Assembly (NCBI GenBank): GCA_029856045.1
Contig: JAHQWG010000038.1
Coordinates: forward strand, 1 to 23,638
From: Promethearchaeia archaeon
Lineage (GTDB): Archaea > Asgardarchaeota > Lokiarchaeia > Sigyniarchaeales > SOKP01
Length of the DNA: 23,638 nt
Direction of reading: 5' to 3'
Every line of letters begins with the position of its first letter. Positions within the stretch are counted from its first letter, which is position 1. The translations under genes were made by a program, and so were the position numbers. Shown here one piece after another: positions 1 through 9,033 of the stretch. The notes below the pieces were generated by a model. That model saw only the letters and a list, made by a program, of their open reading frames with translations. It was not told the origin of the DNA and did no database searches.

Positions 1-255
1 CATGTAACCTTCTTTCTTTTTTTCATATATTTATTTGCCTTTTATTTTAATTCGTGGATAATTTTACTTCTGGTAATCATTATAGCGTGTTTTATGGGTA
101 TAAATCGAATAACGCTTGGTATGCATTATCCATTGGACATAATTTTTGGTATAGTGTTTGGTTTTATATTCAGCTTCTTATATATTCACTTAACTGCATC
201 TATATGGATTGGAGGATACCTCACCTTTTTCCAGTGGATACAGGATACATTTTAA
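1..255 (+). CDS. PAP2-family (phosphatidic acid phosphatase type 2 / undecaprenyl-PP phosphatase-like) membrane phosphatase, 5'-truncated
   Basis: Not in the ORF track. Frame 1 is open from base 1 to TAA 253-255 and reads HVTFFLFFIYLF...MGINRITLGMHYPLDIIFG...QDTF*. RxxxGxHYPxD matches PAP2 motif C3, and the leading H fits the end of motif C2 (PSGH). Confidence 0.85.
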   Translation, partial: HVTFFLFFIYLFAFYFNSWIILLLVIIIACFMGINRITLGMHYPLDIIFGIVFGFIFSFLYIHLTASIWIGGYLTFFQWIQDTF

Positions 256-370
256 TTCAATATAATGAATTTAATTCAAAAAATGCTAAAAAATAAAATG
301 TTTCCGAAGAAACGGTAAGTAATTCTTCGTTATGTCCGTTCAAACATGACGCTTTTAACAACAAATAAAG

Positions 371-378
371 TATAAATA
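371..378 (+). promoter_or_regulatory. Putative archaeal TATA box of the aor operon
   Basis: TATAAATA preceded by purine-rich AAATAAAG (BRE-like). SD-like AGGTG at 447-451 lies 6 nt before the ATG at 458. Confidence 0.45.
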
Positions 379-457
379 CCTTTAGGATCTTTTCAGTAAA
401 AAAATTTAAAAAAAAAAATTAAAAAAAAATTTTAAAAAAAGATAAAAGGTGTAAATT

Positions 458-2194
458 ATGCCAAAAAAAATTATAAGAGTGAATATGAACAAGCTCGAAG
501 CAAACTATGAAGACTTACCTGAGAAATATCAAGCTTTAGGCGGACGTGGTTTAACTTCGACAATTGTTGCGGATGAAGTTCCACCAACTTGTCATCCATT
601 GGGACCTAATAATAAGGTTGTTTTAGCTCCAGGAATTGTAACTGGAACTAATGCCCCAAGCTCTGGTCGTATTTCAGTTGGTGGAAAGTCCCCTTTAACG
701 GGAGGAATAAAGGAAGCAAATGCGGGAACAGATTTTGGACAGAAGCTGGGTAGGTTACGCATTGGAGCAATTATTATAGAGGGACAAAAGGAAGGAGATG
801 ATTATTATCTTCTGAAGATTACAAATGATGGGGCTGAATTCAAAAATGCAAATAAGTGGGTAGGAAAGGGTCTTTACGAGGTGTATAAGGATCTTCGTAA
901 AGAGTACGGAGAAAAAATCAGTATCTGTGGTGTTGGTATCGCGGCAGAATTACGTGGAGGAAATTCAGGACTCAGTTTTAATGACCCCGAAGGATTGCCT
1001 AGCAGATATGCTGGAAGAGGGGGACTTGGAGCAGTTATGGCGTCTCGAGGATTAAAATTTATAATTGTTGATGATACTGGCGCTCCAGGAGTAGAAATCA
1101 AGAATGCAGAACTCTTTAAAACGGGTATAGCTAAACTTGTAAAGGCACTTGGTGATCATGATGTAACTAAACCGGGAGGAGCTCTCAATACTTATGGTAC
1201 AGCTGTATTAATCAACATCATCAATGAGAGTGGCGGTTTACCCCAAAGGAATTTTTCCCGAGGACAAGATGACAGATCATCAAAAGTATCTGGTGAAGAA
1301 AAGGCTGAAGAAATAAAGAAAAGAGGAGGGGCACGTCCTCATGCTTGTCATCCAGGGTGCGTTATTCAGTGTTCTGAAGTTTGGACAAAACCAGGTGGAA
1401 AAGATCCTGTCGGAGTTCTAGAATACGAATCTGTCTGGGCATTAGGTCCAAATTGTGAAATTTATGATTTAGATACCATAGGCGAACTCAATCGCGCAAT
1501 TAATGACCTAGGGATGGATACAATTGAAACAGGTGACACAATTGCAGTAGCTATGGAAGGAGGTTTAATTGAATTTGGAGATGGGAAGGGAGCTATAAAA
1601 CTTCTGGAAGAAATACGTAAAAAAACCCCAACTGGGAGAATATTGGTTAATGGAACGGAATTTACTGGTAAAGCTTTTGGAGTAACGAGAATCCCCACAG
1701 TAAAAGGTCAGTCTATGCCTGCTTATGATCCAAGAGCAATAAAAGGAATAGGAGTCACCTACGCTACTTCCCCTATGGGTGCAGATCATACAGCAGGTTA
1801 TGCAATAGCTACGGAAATTATGGGTGTAGGAGGAACAGCTGATCGTTTAGAACCTAAAAAGGCAGAACTCTCTCGCAACTTACAAGTAGCCACAGCTGTT
1901 GTAGATTCGACAGGTTACTGTCTATTCATAGCTTTTGCCATCCTTGATATTGTTGAAGGATTACAAGGTGTTGTCGATTCAGTTAATGGTGTGTTAGGGG
2001 CAAATCTAACATTAGATGATATCCCTACAATTGGAATGCAAATCCTTGAAACTGAAATAAAGTTTAATAAAGCAGCTGGATTCACATCCTTGGATGATAG
2101 ACTTCCCGAATTCATGAAAGAAGAAAAGCTTCCGCCAGATAATGAAGTTTTTAATGTTACAGATGAAGAACTGGACAGTGTCTTCAAATTTTAA
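458..2194 (+). CDS. aor: Tungsten-containing aldehyde:ferredoxin oxidoreductase (AOR family)
   Basis: Family motifs GGRGL, KSPLTGGIKEANAG, AGRGGLGAVM, ACHPGCVIQC (4Fe-4S ligands), EYES, GMDTI, YDPR, GADHT and a late Cys in GYCLF. 578 aa. Confidence 0.93.
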   Translation: MPKKIIRVNMNKLEANYEDLPEKYQALGGRGLTSTIVADEVPPTCHPLGPNNKVVLAPGIVTGTNAPSSGRISVGGKSPLTGGIKEANAGTDFGQKLGRLRIGAIIIEGQKEGDDYYLLKITNDGAEFKNANKWVGKGLYEVYKDLRKEYGEKISICGVGIAAELRGGNSGLSFNDPEGLPSRYAGRGGLGAVMASRGLKFIIVDDTGAPGVEIKNAELFKTGIAKLVKALGDHDVTKPGGALNTYGTAVLINIINESGGLPQRNFSRGQDDRSSKVSGEEKAEEIKKRGGARPHACHPGCVIQCSEVWTKPGGKDPVGVLEYESVWALGPNCEIYDLDTIGELNRAINDLGMDTIETGDTIAVAMEGGLIEFGDGKGAIKLLEEIRKKTPTGRILVNGTEFTGKAFGVTRIPTVKGQSMPAYDPRAIKGIGVTYATSPMGADHTAGYAIATEIMGVGGTADRLEPKKAELSRNLQVATAVVDSTGYCLFIAFAILDIVEGLQGVVDSVNGVLGANLTLDDIPTIGMQILETEIKFNKAAGFTSLDDRLPEFMKEEKLPPDNEVFNVTDEELDSVFKF

Positions 2195-2206
2195 GAGCTT
2201 ACAAAA

Positions 2207-2500
2207 ATGCCTATACAATTAAAATTGTATGGAGATTTAAGAAAAATAGCGCAGCAGCACAATTACTCGAAAGGTGCTCCAAGTGTCTTTAATATCAATG
2301 ATGTAGGGATAAAATCAGTAAGTGATATTCTTAAAAAAATCGGGATAGAAGAAAGCAAAACAAGTCATATATTTGTAAATAGGGCATATTCTGGATTTCG
2401 AAAAAAGGTTAAAGCCGGAGATAGAGTTGCGATTTTCCCAAGAAATATGGCATTACTATATAAATGGTACTTTAAGAAGGTGGAAGACCACGACGAATGA
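2207..2500 (+). CDS. MoaD/ThiS-like beta-grasp (ubiquitin-like) protein lacking the C-terminal GG
   Basis: IQLKLYGDLR...IFVN...GDRVAIFP is the MoaD/SAMP pattern, but the protein ends RNMALLYKWYFKKVEDHDE. Located directly after aor. Confidence 0.8.
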   Translation: MPIQLKLYGDLRKIAQQHNYSKGAPSVFNINDVGIKSVSDILKKIGIEESKTSHIFVNRAYSGFRKKVKAGDRVAIFPRNMALLYKWYFKKVEDHDE

Positions 2501-2732
2501 TTTAATTACCGTTACGGTTAAATTATTTGCCGATTTAAGACAATATGGAGCGGTTAAATCAGTGATAAATTTACCAAAAGGTAGTAGTGTAAATTCTGTA
2601 ATCGAAAAATATAAAATACCTAGGAAAGAAAAAAGGTTGATAACCTTGGTTAATAGAATACGTCAAGAAAATGATTGTAATCTCAATGATGGGGACATTA
2701 TAGCAATTTTCCCATTAATCGGTGGAGGTTAA
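2490..2732 (+). CDS. MoaD/ThiS/SAMP-family sulfur carrier with C-terminal GG; probable non-canonical ACG start
   Basis: VTVKLFADLR...LVN...LNDGDIIAIFPLIGGG. The ORF-track TTG start (2427) overlaps the upstream gene by 74 nt and adds a non-MoaD-like leader. ACG at 2490 follows AGGTGG (2478-2483) and gives an 80-aa protein. Confidence 0.85.
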   Translation, partial: TTNDLITVTVKLFADLRQYGAVKSVINLPKGSSVNSVIEKYKIPRKEKRLITLVNRIRQENDCNLNDGDIIAIFPLIGGG

Positions 2733-2913
2733 TCAATCTTTTCCAAAATATTTTTTAAAAATTATATTTTCTTTTTTTTTAAAATTAGCTTAACACTTAT
2801 TAACAGTTGAGAAATGCTTAAGTAGATCTTATTATCTTTTTCTTTTTAAGTTAAAAATTAAATTCAATCATTATTTTTATTTCAAATACTTCACTATAAG
2901 GAGGGAAAAGATT

Positions 2914-3582
2914 TTGGGAAAATATACTTGTCATTTGAGTAAAAAGGCAATAGCTCCATGTACATTTAATCGACCAGGCATTGAAAATTGTCCTATGAGA
3001 ATCGCCCCAGACATTTTAGAAAAAGCAAAAAAAATATATGAAGAAGATGATGAAACCAAAGAAATCACAAAAAATGCGTCAATAGTTGAAGCAACGGGTT
3101 ATATCAAGTGGCCAAGATTGAAAGACACTATTGAATTTGCCATACTTCAAGGATATAAAAAATTAGGCATCGCTTTTTGTGTCGGATTAATGAATGAAGC
3201 GAAGAAAGTAGTAGAAATTCTTGAACGGTATAATTTTGATGTGACAAGTATTTGTTGCAAAACAGGAGGTCTTTTAAAAACAGAAGTTGGTGTTCCTAAA
3301 GAATTTGAAATGAAATCAAAGACCGGGTATATGATAGGGGCGGTAACTTGCAATCCTGTTGCTCAAGCATTACTTTTAAATGATGCTGGGACAGAAATGA
3401 ATATTATCTGTGGTTTATGCGTTGGTCATGATATTACTTTTACAAAATATTCTGAAGCCCCCGTAACTACTCTTATTGCTAAGGATAGAATGACACAACA
3501 CGCTCCCTCATCAATATTATTTACACATTATGGAAAATCATTCTTTTCTGAGGATATTCGGGAAAGAAAAACCAAAAAATAA
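2914..3582 (+). CDS. DUF1847-family putative metal-binding protein
   Basis: GYKKLGIAFCVGL, ICCKTGG, CNPVAQA, GLCVGHD, VTTLIAKDR motifs. Confidence 0.85.
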   Translation: MGKYTCHLSKKAIAPCTFNRPGIENCPMRIAPDILEKAKKIYEEDDETKEITKNASIVEATGYIKWPRLKDTIEFAILQGYKKLGIAFCVGLMNEAKKVVEILERYNFDVTSICCKTGGLLKTEVGVPKEFEMKSKTGYMIGAVTCNPVAQALLLNDAGTEMNIICGLCVGHDITFTKYSEAPVTTLIAKDRMTQHAPSSILFTHYGKSFFSEDIRERKTKK

Positions 3583-3697
3583 AATTTCTTTTTTCTTTTA
3601 ATTCAATTTTAAGTCATTGGGTAATAGTCATTCAAGAGGTTATTCAATAGAAATTGATATTCTCAAAATATAAATAACTAAAAAGTTTATTGAGATT

Positions 3698-4783
3698 ATG
3701 CAGAAAAAAATTGATATACCTCCAGAATATTTAAGTAAATCCTATTCTGATTCAATAACTGATGGTTTTTCTCTTTTCAAAGAGACTTATTTAAAGGTAT
3801 TGCCAATTTTTATCATGGTTTCAGTTCTCTTTTTGATTATTTCAAGCTTAATTATGACAGATCCAACTTGGCAATTATTGGAATTAAATTTACAATTAGA
3901 TCAAATGCTTGAAAATATAGATTATGAAACAGCAAGCTATGAAGAATTGCAAGAAATAATGAATTTTATGATACCCATTTTAGGATTCAGTTTTCTAATT
4001 TTAGGTGCAGAATTATTTTTTTCGAATTTTTCTCAATTTTTAGCCTTCAGTATTGTTGGAGGTTTTTTATATAAAATATATCTGAAACAAGACGCAAATT
4101 CTGGAGAAGAATTTAAAAGATCTATGAAAATCGAGACATTATTAATTCCTATCTTATTTGCTATATTTATATCAATAGGATTGTTTCTTTTATTTTTACC
4201 TGCCTTGATAATATATATTTATTATATATTCTCTCCAGTAATGCATTCGATAGAGTCTGAAGAAAAATTAAACTGTTTTAAATCGAGTCGTAATTATTCA
4301 AAAAAGAATTTCTTGAGAATTTTCGGTATAATTATTTTAAATTCAATATTAATAGGTATTATTTCATGGATTTATACTTCAATTCTTGATTTAATAATAC
4401 CTACCGCACAATATAATGCTGCTTTTCACCCAGCAACAAGAAATTATTTGATGGTTATAATTTATACTTTAATCTACAATATTACAAATATGCTTTTATC
4501 TCCACTTTTATCATGCTTACTAATTACTCTGTTAGTTTATTGTAAAAAGCAGTGGTATAACAGAGATTTAAGAATGCAATATTACCAAAGAAGCCCCCCA
4601 CCACAAATTCCGATGTCTAGTTCTACTCCTTATGAACTTCCAAAACAGCCTATCCTTAAACCCCAAACACAACCAGAAACAATAGAGCCAGAATCACAAA
4701 TATTTTGTCCCTATTGTGGATTTTCAATGGAGAGAAGTCTCAATTTAAGATTTTGCCCTAGATGTGGCGAGAAGATTCCTTAA
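3698..4783 (+). CDS. Multi-pass membrane protein with Pro-rich linker and C-terminal zinc ribbon
   Basis: About 6 hydrophobic segments, then SPPPQIP...PQTQPE, then CPYCG...CPRCG. Confidence 0.75.
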   Translation: MQKKIDIPPEYLSKSYSDSITDGFSLFKETYLKVLPIFIMVSVLFLIISSLIMTDPTWQLLELNLQLDQMLENIDYETASYEELQEIMNFMIPILGFSFLILGAELFFSNFSQFLAFSIVGGFLYKIYLKQDANSGEEFKRSMKIETLLIPILFAIFISIGLFLLFLPALIIYIYYIFSPVMHSIESEEKLNCFKSSRNYSKKNFLRIFGIIILNSILIGIISWIYTSILDLIIPTAQYNAAFHPATRNYLMVIIYTLIYNITNMLLSPLLSCLLITLLVYCKKQWYNRDLRMQYYQRSPPPQIPMSSSTPYELPKQPILKPQTQPETIEPESQIFCPYCGFSMERSLNLRFCPRCGEKIP

Positions 4784-4934
4784 ACCAGCATGTGATAAGA
4801 AAAAAATTGCGATATAAGTTTAAAAACTTTGGAATACGCTCAATTTTCTTTTTTACAAAAAGCATAAATGTTTTTAAATATATAGTTATTTAAATTTCCA
4901 ATTTTATATTTTTAAATATAAGAACCAATTTGGT

Positions 4935-5732
4935 TTGAAATCAGAGATTTATATGATTTTCAATACAGAATATATGTTTGAGATTACAAGAAGTGATATT
5001 AAAAATCCGGTAATGTTAATTGGATGGCCAGGAATTGCTTTAGTAGGAAAAATTGCAATTACAACAATAATAGAGTCAATAAAAGCGAAATCCTATATAA
5101 AAATCGAATATAACGATTTTCCTCCAAAATCGATTATTGAAAAGGGCAATATGAAATTACCAACTGCAAATATTTATTATAAATCTGGTGAAGACCATGA
5201 TTTTTTCTTTTTAACGGCAGATTTTCAGCCTCAAACTGCTGATGGCATCTATGAATTTAGCAAAAATTTATGTGAATTGATGAAAAACATTACTAATAAT
5301 AGCATGCAAATGTATATTAGTACTGGAGCGTTAGTTCCTGAAGTAATACCGGAAATCGTAAATATTTACATATCTGGAACAGATCCAAATATTGTCGAGA
5401 GTTTTTTAAAAATAGAAAACACAAAAGTAATGGAGGGAGGTATCATTGCAGGAGCTAATGGAATATTACCTACATATGCTGGTGTTAAAGGATATGCACC
5501 AGGAGTTTGTTTGTTAGCCGAGACCGTACCAGTTCCTATGTTAAATGCCGATCCAAAAGCTTCAAGAGCTCTGGTTACCACTATTAAAGAATATTTTTCT
5601 CTTTCAGATGTGAGCTATGAGGAGTTAGATAAACAGGTTGTAGATCTAGAGAAAATGATTTCTTCATTAAAGTCTAGAGTTGTAAGTGATTTTGGGAAAA
5701 AAAAAACCGGCGACGAATCATATTTTCGTTAA
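4935..5732 (+). CDS. PAC2-family proteasome assembly chaperone homolog (PbaA/PbaB-like)
   Basis: IGWPGIALVGKI, DFQPQT, IAGANGIL, CLLAET, DPKAS motifs. The true start may be the ATG at 4953. Confidence 0.88.
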   Translation: MKSEIYMIFNTEYMFEITRSDIKNPVMLIGWPGIALVGKIAITTIIESIKAKSYIKIEYNDFPPKSIIEKGNMKLPTANIYYKSGEDHDFFFLTADFQPQTADGIYEFSKNLCELMKNITNNSMQMYISTGALVPEVIPEIVNIYISGTDPNIVESFLKIENTKVMEGGIIAGANGILPTYAGVKGYAPGVCLLAETVPVPMLNADPKASRALVTTIKEYFSLSDVSYEELDKQVVDLEKMISSLKSRVVSDFGKKKTGDESYFR

Positions 5733-5776
5733 TGTAGTTTAAAGGGAAGTAAAATTAATATTTATGTGATCTATAA

Positions 5777-6229
5777 ATGGATTATTCGAAATTGTTAGCG
5801 CCTTGTGGCGTCTATTGCGGTGTTTGCCCATATCTAATTGCTTATAAAAACAATGATGATAAGTTAAAACAAAAATTAGCAAAGAGTATTGGGATAAAAC
5901 CAGAAAAAATAATCTGTGAAGGTTGTAATTCTGATTTAGTTTTTTTTTTTTGTAAAGCGTGTAAAATTAAAGAGTGTGTACAAAATAAAGATATCCAGAG
6001 TTGTGCAGAATGTGAAGAATTTCCTTGTGATTTAATAGAACGCTTTCCCTTTAAAGAATTTATTAAAAAAGTTAAATGGGATGTGAATTATCAAAAAAAA
6101 TTTGGTAAAGAGCAATGGATATCTAAAACTATTGATTTAAACACTTGTCCAACTTGTCGAGCATTACAACATTGGAGAGCTAGAATCTGCAAATCTTGTG
6201 GCACTAAATTAAAAGAACGTTATTTATAA
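5777..6229 (+). CDS. DUF3795-family Cys-rich protein with C-terminal zinc ribbon
   Basis: APCGVYCGVC, CEGC, CKIKEC, CAECEEFPC, then CPTC...CKSC. Confidence 0.85.
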   Translation: MDYSKLLAPCGVYCGVCPYLIAYKNNDDKLKQKLAKSIGIKPEKIICEGCNSDLVFFFCKACKIKECVQNKDIQSCAECEEFPCDLIERFPFKEFIKKVKWDVNYQKKFGKEQWISKTIDLNTCPTCRALQHWRARICKSCGTKLKERYL

Positions 6230-6305
6230 AAATAATAGATTCATTAACAACTTTCTAATTTTTAATCGAAGAATTAAAAAAAGAAAAAAGGATATTTATT
6301 ATTGT

Positions 6306-6851
6306 ATGCCATTAACACCTTTTCATTTAGGACCTGGGCTTTTAATCGGATTGATTTTGCTTAATCTCATTGATTTTCCCACATTTTTGATAGCAAGCGT
6401 AATTGTTGATGTAGAACCAATTATTGTTATCTTATTTGATTTAGATTATCCTTTACATGGTTTTTGTCATTCCTTTTTGGGAGGGACTATTATTGCTTTT
6501 CTCTTAGCAGCAGTGATGAGTAAAATTAGAAAACCAATTTCTCCTTTATTGTCATTTTTTAAATTAGAACAAGAAATATCATTTAAAAGAATCTTAGTAG
6601 CTGCTTTAGCTGGTGTTTATATCCACATTCTACTCGATGCCCCAATTTATACCGATATTCAACCATTATTCCCTTTAGATATAAATCCCTTCTATCGAAG
6701 TTCTGGAGCACCTGGATTAATGGAAACAATGATATGCGTATGGTGCTTTATGGGTGCAGTTCCTGTTTATTTAATTATATTGTTACAAGCTTGGAGAACT
6801 TCAAGAAAGATAAATTCGATTGAACAAAAGACCAGTCCAGTTTTAGATTAA
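6306..6851 (+). CDS. Membrane-bound putative metal-dependent hydrolase (YdjM/DUF4184-like)
   Basis: MPLTPFH, VDVEP, HGFCHS, HILLD, and PLFP motifs within hydrophobic helices. Confidence 0.7.
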   Translation: MPLTPFHLGPGLLIGLILLNLIDFPTFLIASVIVDVEPIIVILFDLDYPLHGFCHSFLGGTIIAFLLAAVMSKIRKPISPLLSFFKLEQEISFKRILVAALAGVYIHILLDAPIYTDIQPLFPLDINPFYRSSGAPGLMETMICVWCFMGAVPVYLIILLQAWRTSRKINSIEQKTSPVLD

Positions 6852-6959
6852 TTTAATGATTGTTTGAAAAAACACAATTAAATACATTTTTAATTTTCCT
6901 TTAATACTTCTAAATAAATTAAACAAACAAAATTCAAATTAAAAAGAGATGTATTATAA

Positions 6960-8978
6960 GTGAAATTTTTTAAGCTGTTTAATCCGTTAAAAATCGGACA
7001 AATAGAATTAAAAAACAGAATTGTAATGCCTGCAATGCATTTGGGGTACGCTAAAGAAAGTTTTATAACTGATCGTATGATTGATTTTTATGTTGAAAGA
7101 GCAATAGGAGGTACTGGTCTTTTAATAATAGGTGGTTGCCACGTTCATAGGTTAGGAATGGGGTTACCGAGTATGGTTGGAATAGATGATGATAAATATG
7201 TTCCCGGTTTGACTGAGCTTGCTAGTAAAATCCATGAAGCTGATAATAACGTTAAAATTGGAGCTCAATTATATCATTCTGGGAGATATTCAATGCCATT
7301 TGTTATTCATGATACACCCATTTCATCTTCACCTACTTATTCAAAATTTTCTAAAACCACACCAAGAGAGATGACCTATGAGGATATTAAAGAGGCTCAA
7401 GAAGCTTTTGCTGCAGCAGCAGTTAGAGCAAAAGACAGTGGTTTTGATAGTATAGAGGTTTGTGCTTCAGCAGGGTATTTAGTAGGACAATTTTTATCTC
7501 CGTTGGTTAATAAAAGGACTGATAAATATGGTGGAGAACTTGAGAGTCGCTTAAATTTTCCGTTAGAGTTAATTGAAACAGTTCGTGATAAAATAGGAAA
7601 TCTTACATTTGGTTTTCGAGAATCTGGTGATGATTTTATGCCAGGTAGTCTAACCTATAAAGATAAACCGCCTATTGCTAAAGCTTATGAAAAGGCAGGT
7701 TTAGATTATATTAATATTACAGGAGGATGGCACGAATCTAGGACCCCACAAATAACTGCCGAAGTTCCTCCTGGTGCGTATTCTTATCTTGCAGAAAATA
7801 TTAAAAATACAGTATCAATCCCAATTTTTGCCTCTAATAGGATTAATGATCCAATATTAGCCGAAGAAATTTTGATGGCTGACAAAGCAGATTGCATTTG
7901 TTTTGGAAGAGCATTAATAGCAGATCCATATCTACCAAATAAGGCATTAAAAGGTGAACTACGAGATATTCGACATTGCGTTGCATGTAATCAAGGCTGC
8001 TTCGATAATGTCTTCGCCGCAAAGCCAATTCAATGCTTAAGAAATGCTCAGGCAGGAAATGAACGAAAATATAAACTTAAAAAGATCGATGAAGCAAAAA
8101 GAATTATGATCATAGGAGCTGGACCTGCGGGTTTAGAAGCAGCAAGAATTGCAAGAACCAGAGGTCATATTGTAGAATTATTTGAAAAAGAAAATAAAAT
8201 TGGTGGGTTAATTCATTCAGTTTATATGCCCCCTGGAAGAAAATCATTTGAAAAAATGATTGATTATTATGAATATCAGATTGAGAAACTTGGAATAAAT
8301 CTGCATTTAAATAATAATGTTACAGAGCAGACAATCGAACAAATTAATCCTGATGTTATTCTTTTTGCAACAGGTGCAAAACCAATCATTCCAAATATTC
8401 CAGGAAGCGATAACGATAACGTATTTTTTGCTTCTGACATTTTAGAAAGAAATGCGCCATTAGGTAAAAATGTTGTAATCATCGGAGGAGGTGGAACAGG
8501 TATTGAAGTGGCGATTTATGTAGCAAAATTTGGTGCTTTGACAAAAGATGCACTTGAATTTTTAACTTTTTATAACTGTTTAGAACCTGAAGTTGCTTTA
8601 AATATGCTTTATAAAGGAAATAAAAAAGTTACTATATTAGAAATGTTACCTCGAGCCGGAAGTGACATAGGTAAAACCACAAAATGGACTTTACTAAGTA
8701 AATGTGATAAATTAGGAGTAAATATAATCACAAATGCTAACATTACTAAAATAGAGAAGAATAGAATAATTTATTCGCTACCAGATCAGGAAGATTTAGA
8801 AATTGATGGTGTTGATACATTTATACTTGCAACAGGTGTAAAACCAAATGATGAATTATTTAATCAACTTAAAAAATCTGGAAAATACAAAAAATTATTC
8901 CTAATCGGAGATTGCAAAGAACCTGCGACGATCTTAGAAGCAACACACCGAGGTTATCGCGTCGCAAACAAGATTTAA
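6960..8978 (+). CDS. fadH: 2,4-dienoyl-CoA reductase (FadH)-like NADH:flavin oxidoreductase
   Basis: Old-yellow-enzyme barrel (LKNRIVMPAMH, QFLSPLVNKRTDKYGG), CVACNQGC Fe-S motif, and two Rossmann motifs (IIGAGPAG, IIGGGGTG). 672 aa. Confidence 0.85.
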   Translation: MKFFKLFNPLKIGQIELKNRIVMPAMHLGYAKESFITDRMIDFYVERAIGGTGLLIIGGCHVHRLGMGLPSMVGIDDDKYVPGLTELASKIHEADNNVKIGAQLYHSGRYSMPFVIHDTPISSSPTYSKFSKTTPREMTYEDIKEAQEAFAAAAVRAKDSGFDSIEVCASAGYLVGQFLSPLVNKRTDKYGGELESRLNFPLELIETVRDKIGNLTFGFRESGDDFMPGSLTYKDKPPIAKAYEKAGLDYINITGGWHESRTPQITAEVPPGAYSYLAENIKNTVSIPIFASNRINDPILAEEILMADKADCICFGRALIADPYLPNKALKGELRDIRHCVACNQGCFDNVFAAKPIQCLRNAQAGNERKYKLKKIDEAKRIMIIGAGPAGLEAARIARTRGHIVELFEKENKIGGLIHSVYMPPGRKSFEKMIDYYEYQIEKLGINLHLNNNVTEQTIEQINPDVILFATGAKPIIPNIPGSDNDNVFFASDILERNAPLGKNVVIIGGGGTGIEVAIYVAKFGALTKDALEFLTFYNCLEPEVALNMLYKGNKKVTILEMLPRAGSDIGKTTKWTLLSKCDKLGVNIITNANITKIEKNRIIYSLPDQEDLEIDGVDTFILATGVKPNDELFNQLKKSGKYKKLFLIGDCKEPATILEATHRGYRVANKI

Positions 8979-9033
8979 TTTTTTTTATCATTTAATTTTT
9001 TTCAGCCTATTAAAAAATCTAAAAGGGAAGATA

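Noticed and set aside
54-296. 80-aa ORF in the track
   Set aside because: Out-of-frame shadow of the PAP2 phosphatase in frame 1 (1-255), which has clear catalytic motifs.
874-2218. Five minus-strand ORFs inside aor
   Set aside because: Antisense shadows of a well-conserved gene, with no motifs.
2498-2521. Selenocysteine readthrough of the TGA ending the first MoaD-like gene
   Set aside because: Readthrough adds only FNYRYG before TAA, gives no GG and does not join the second gene's frame.
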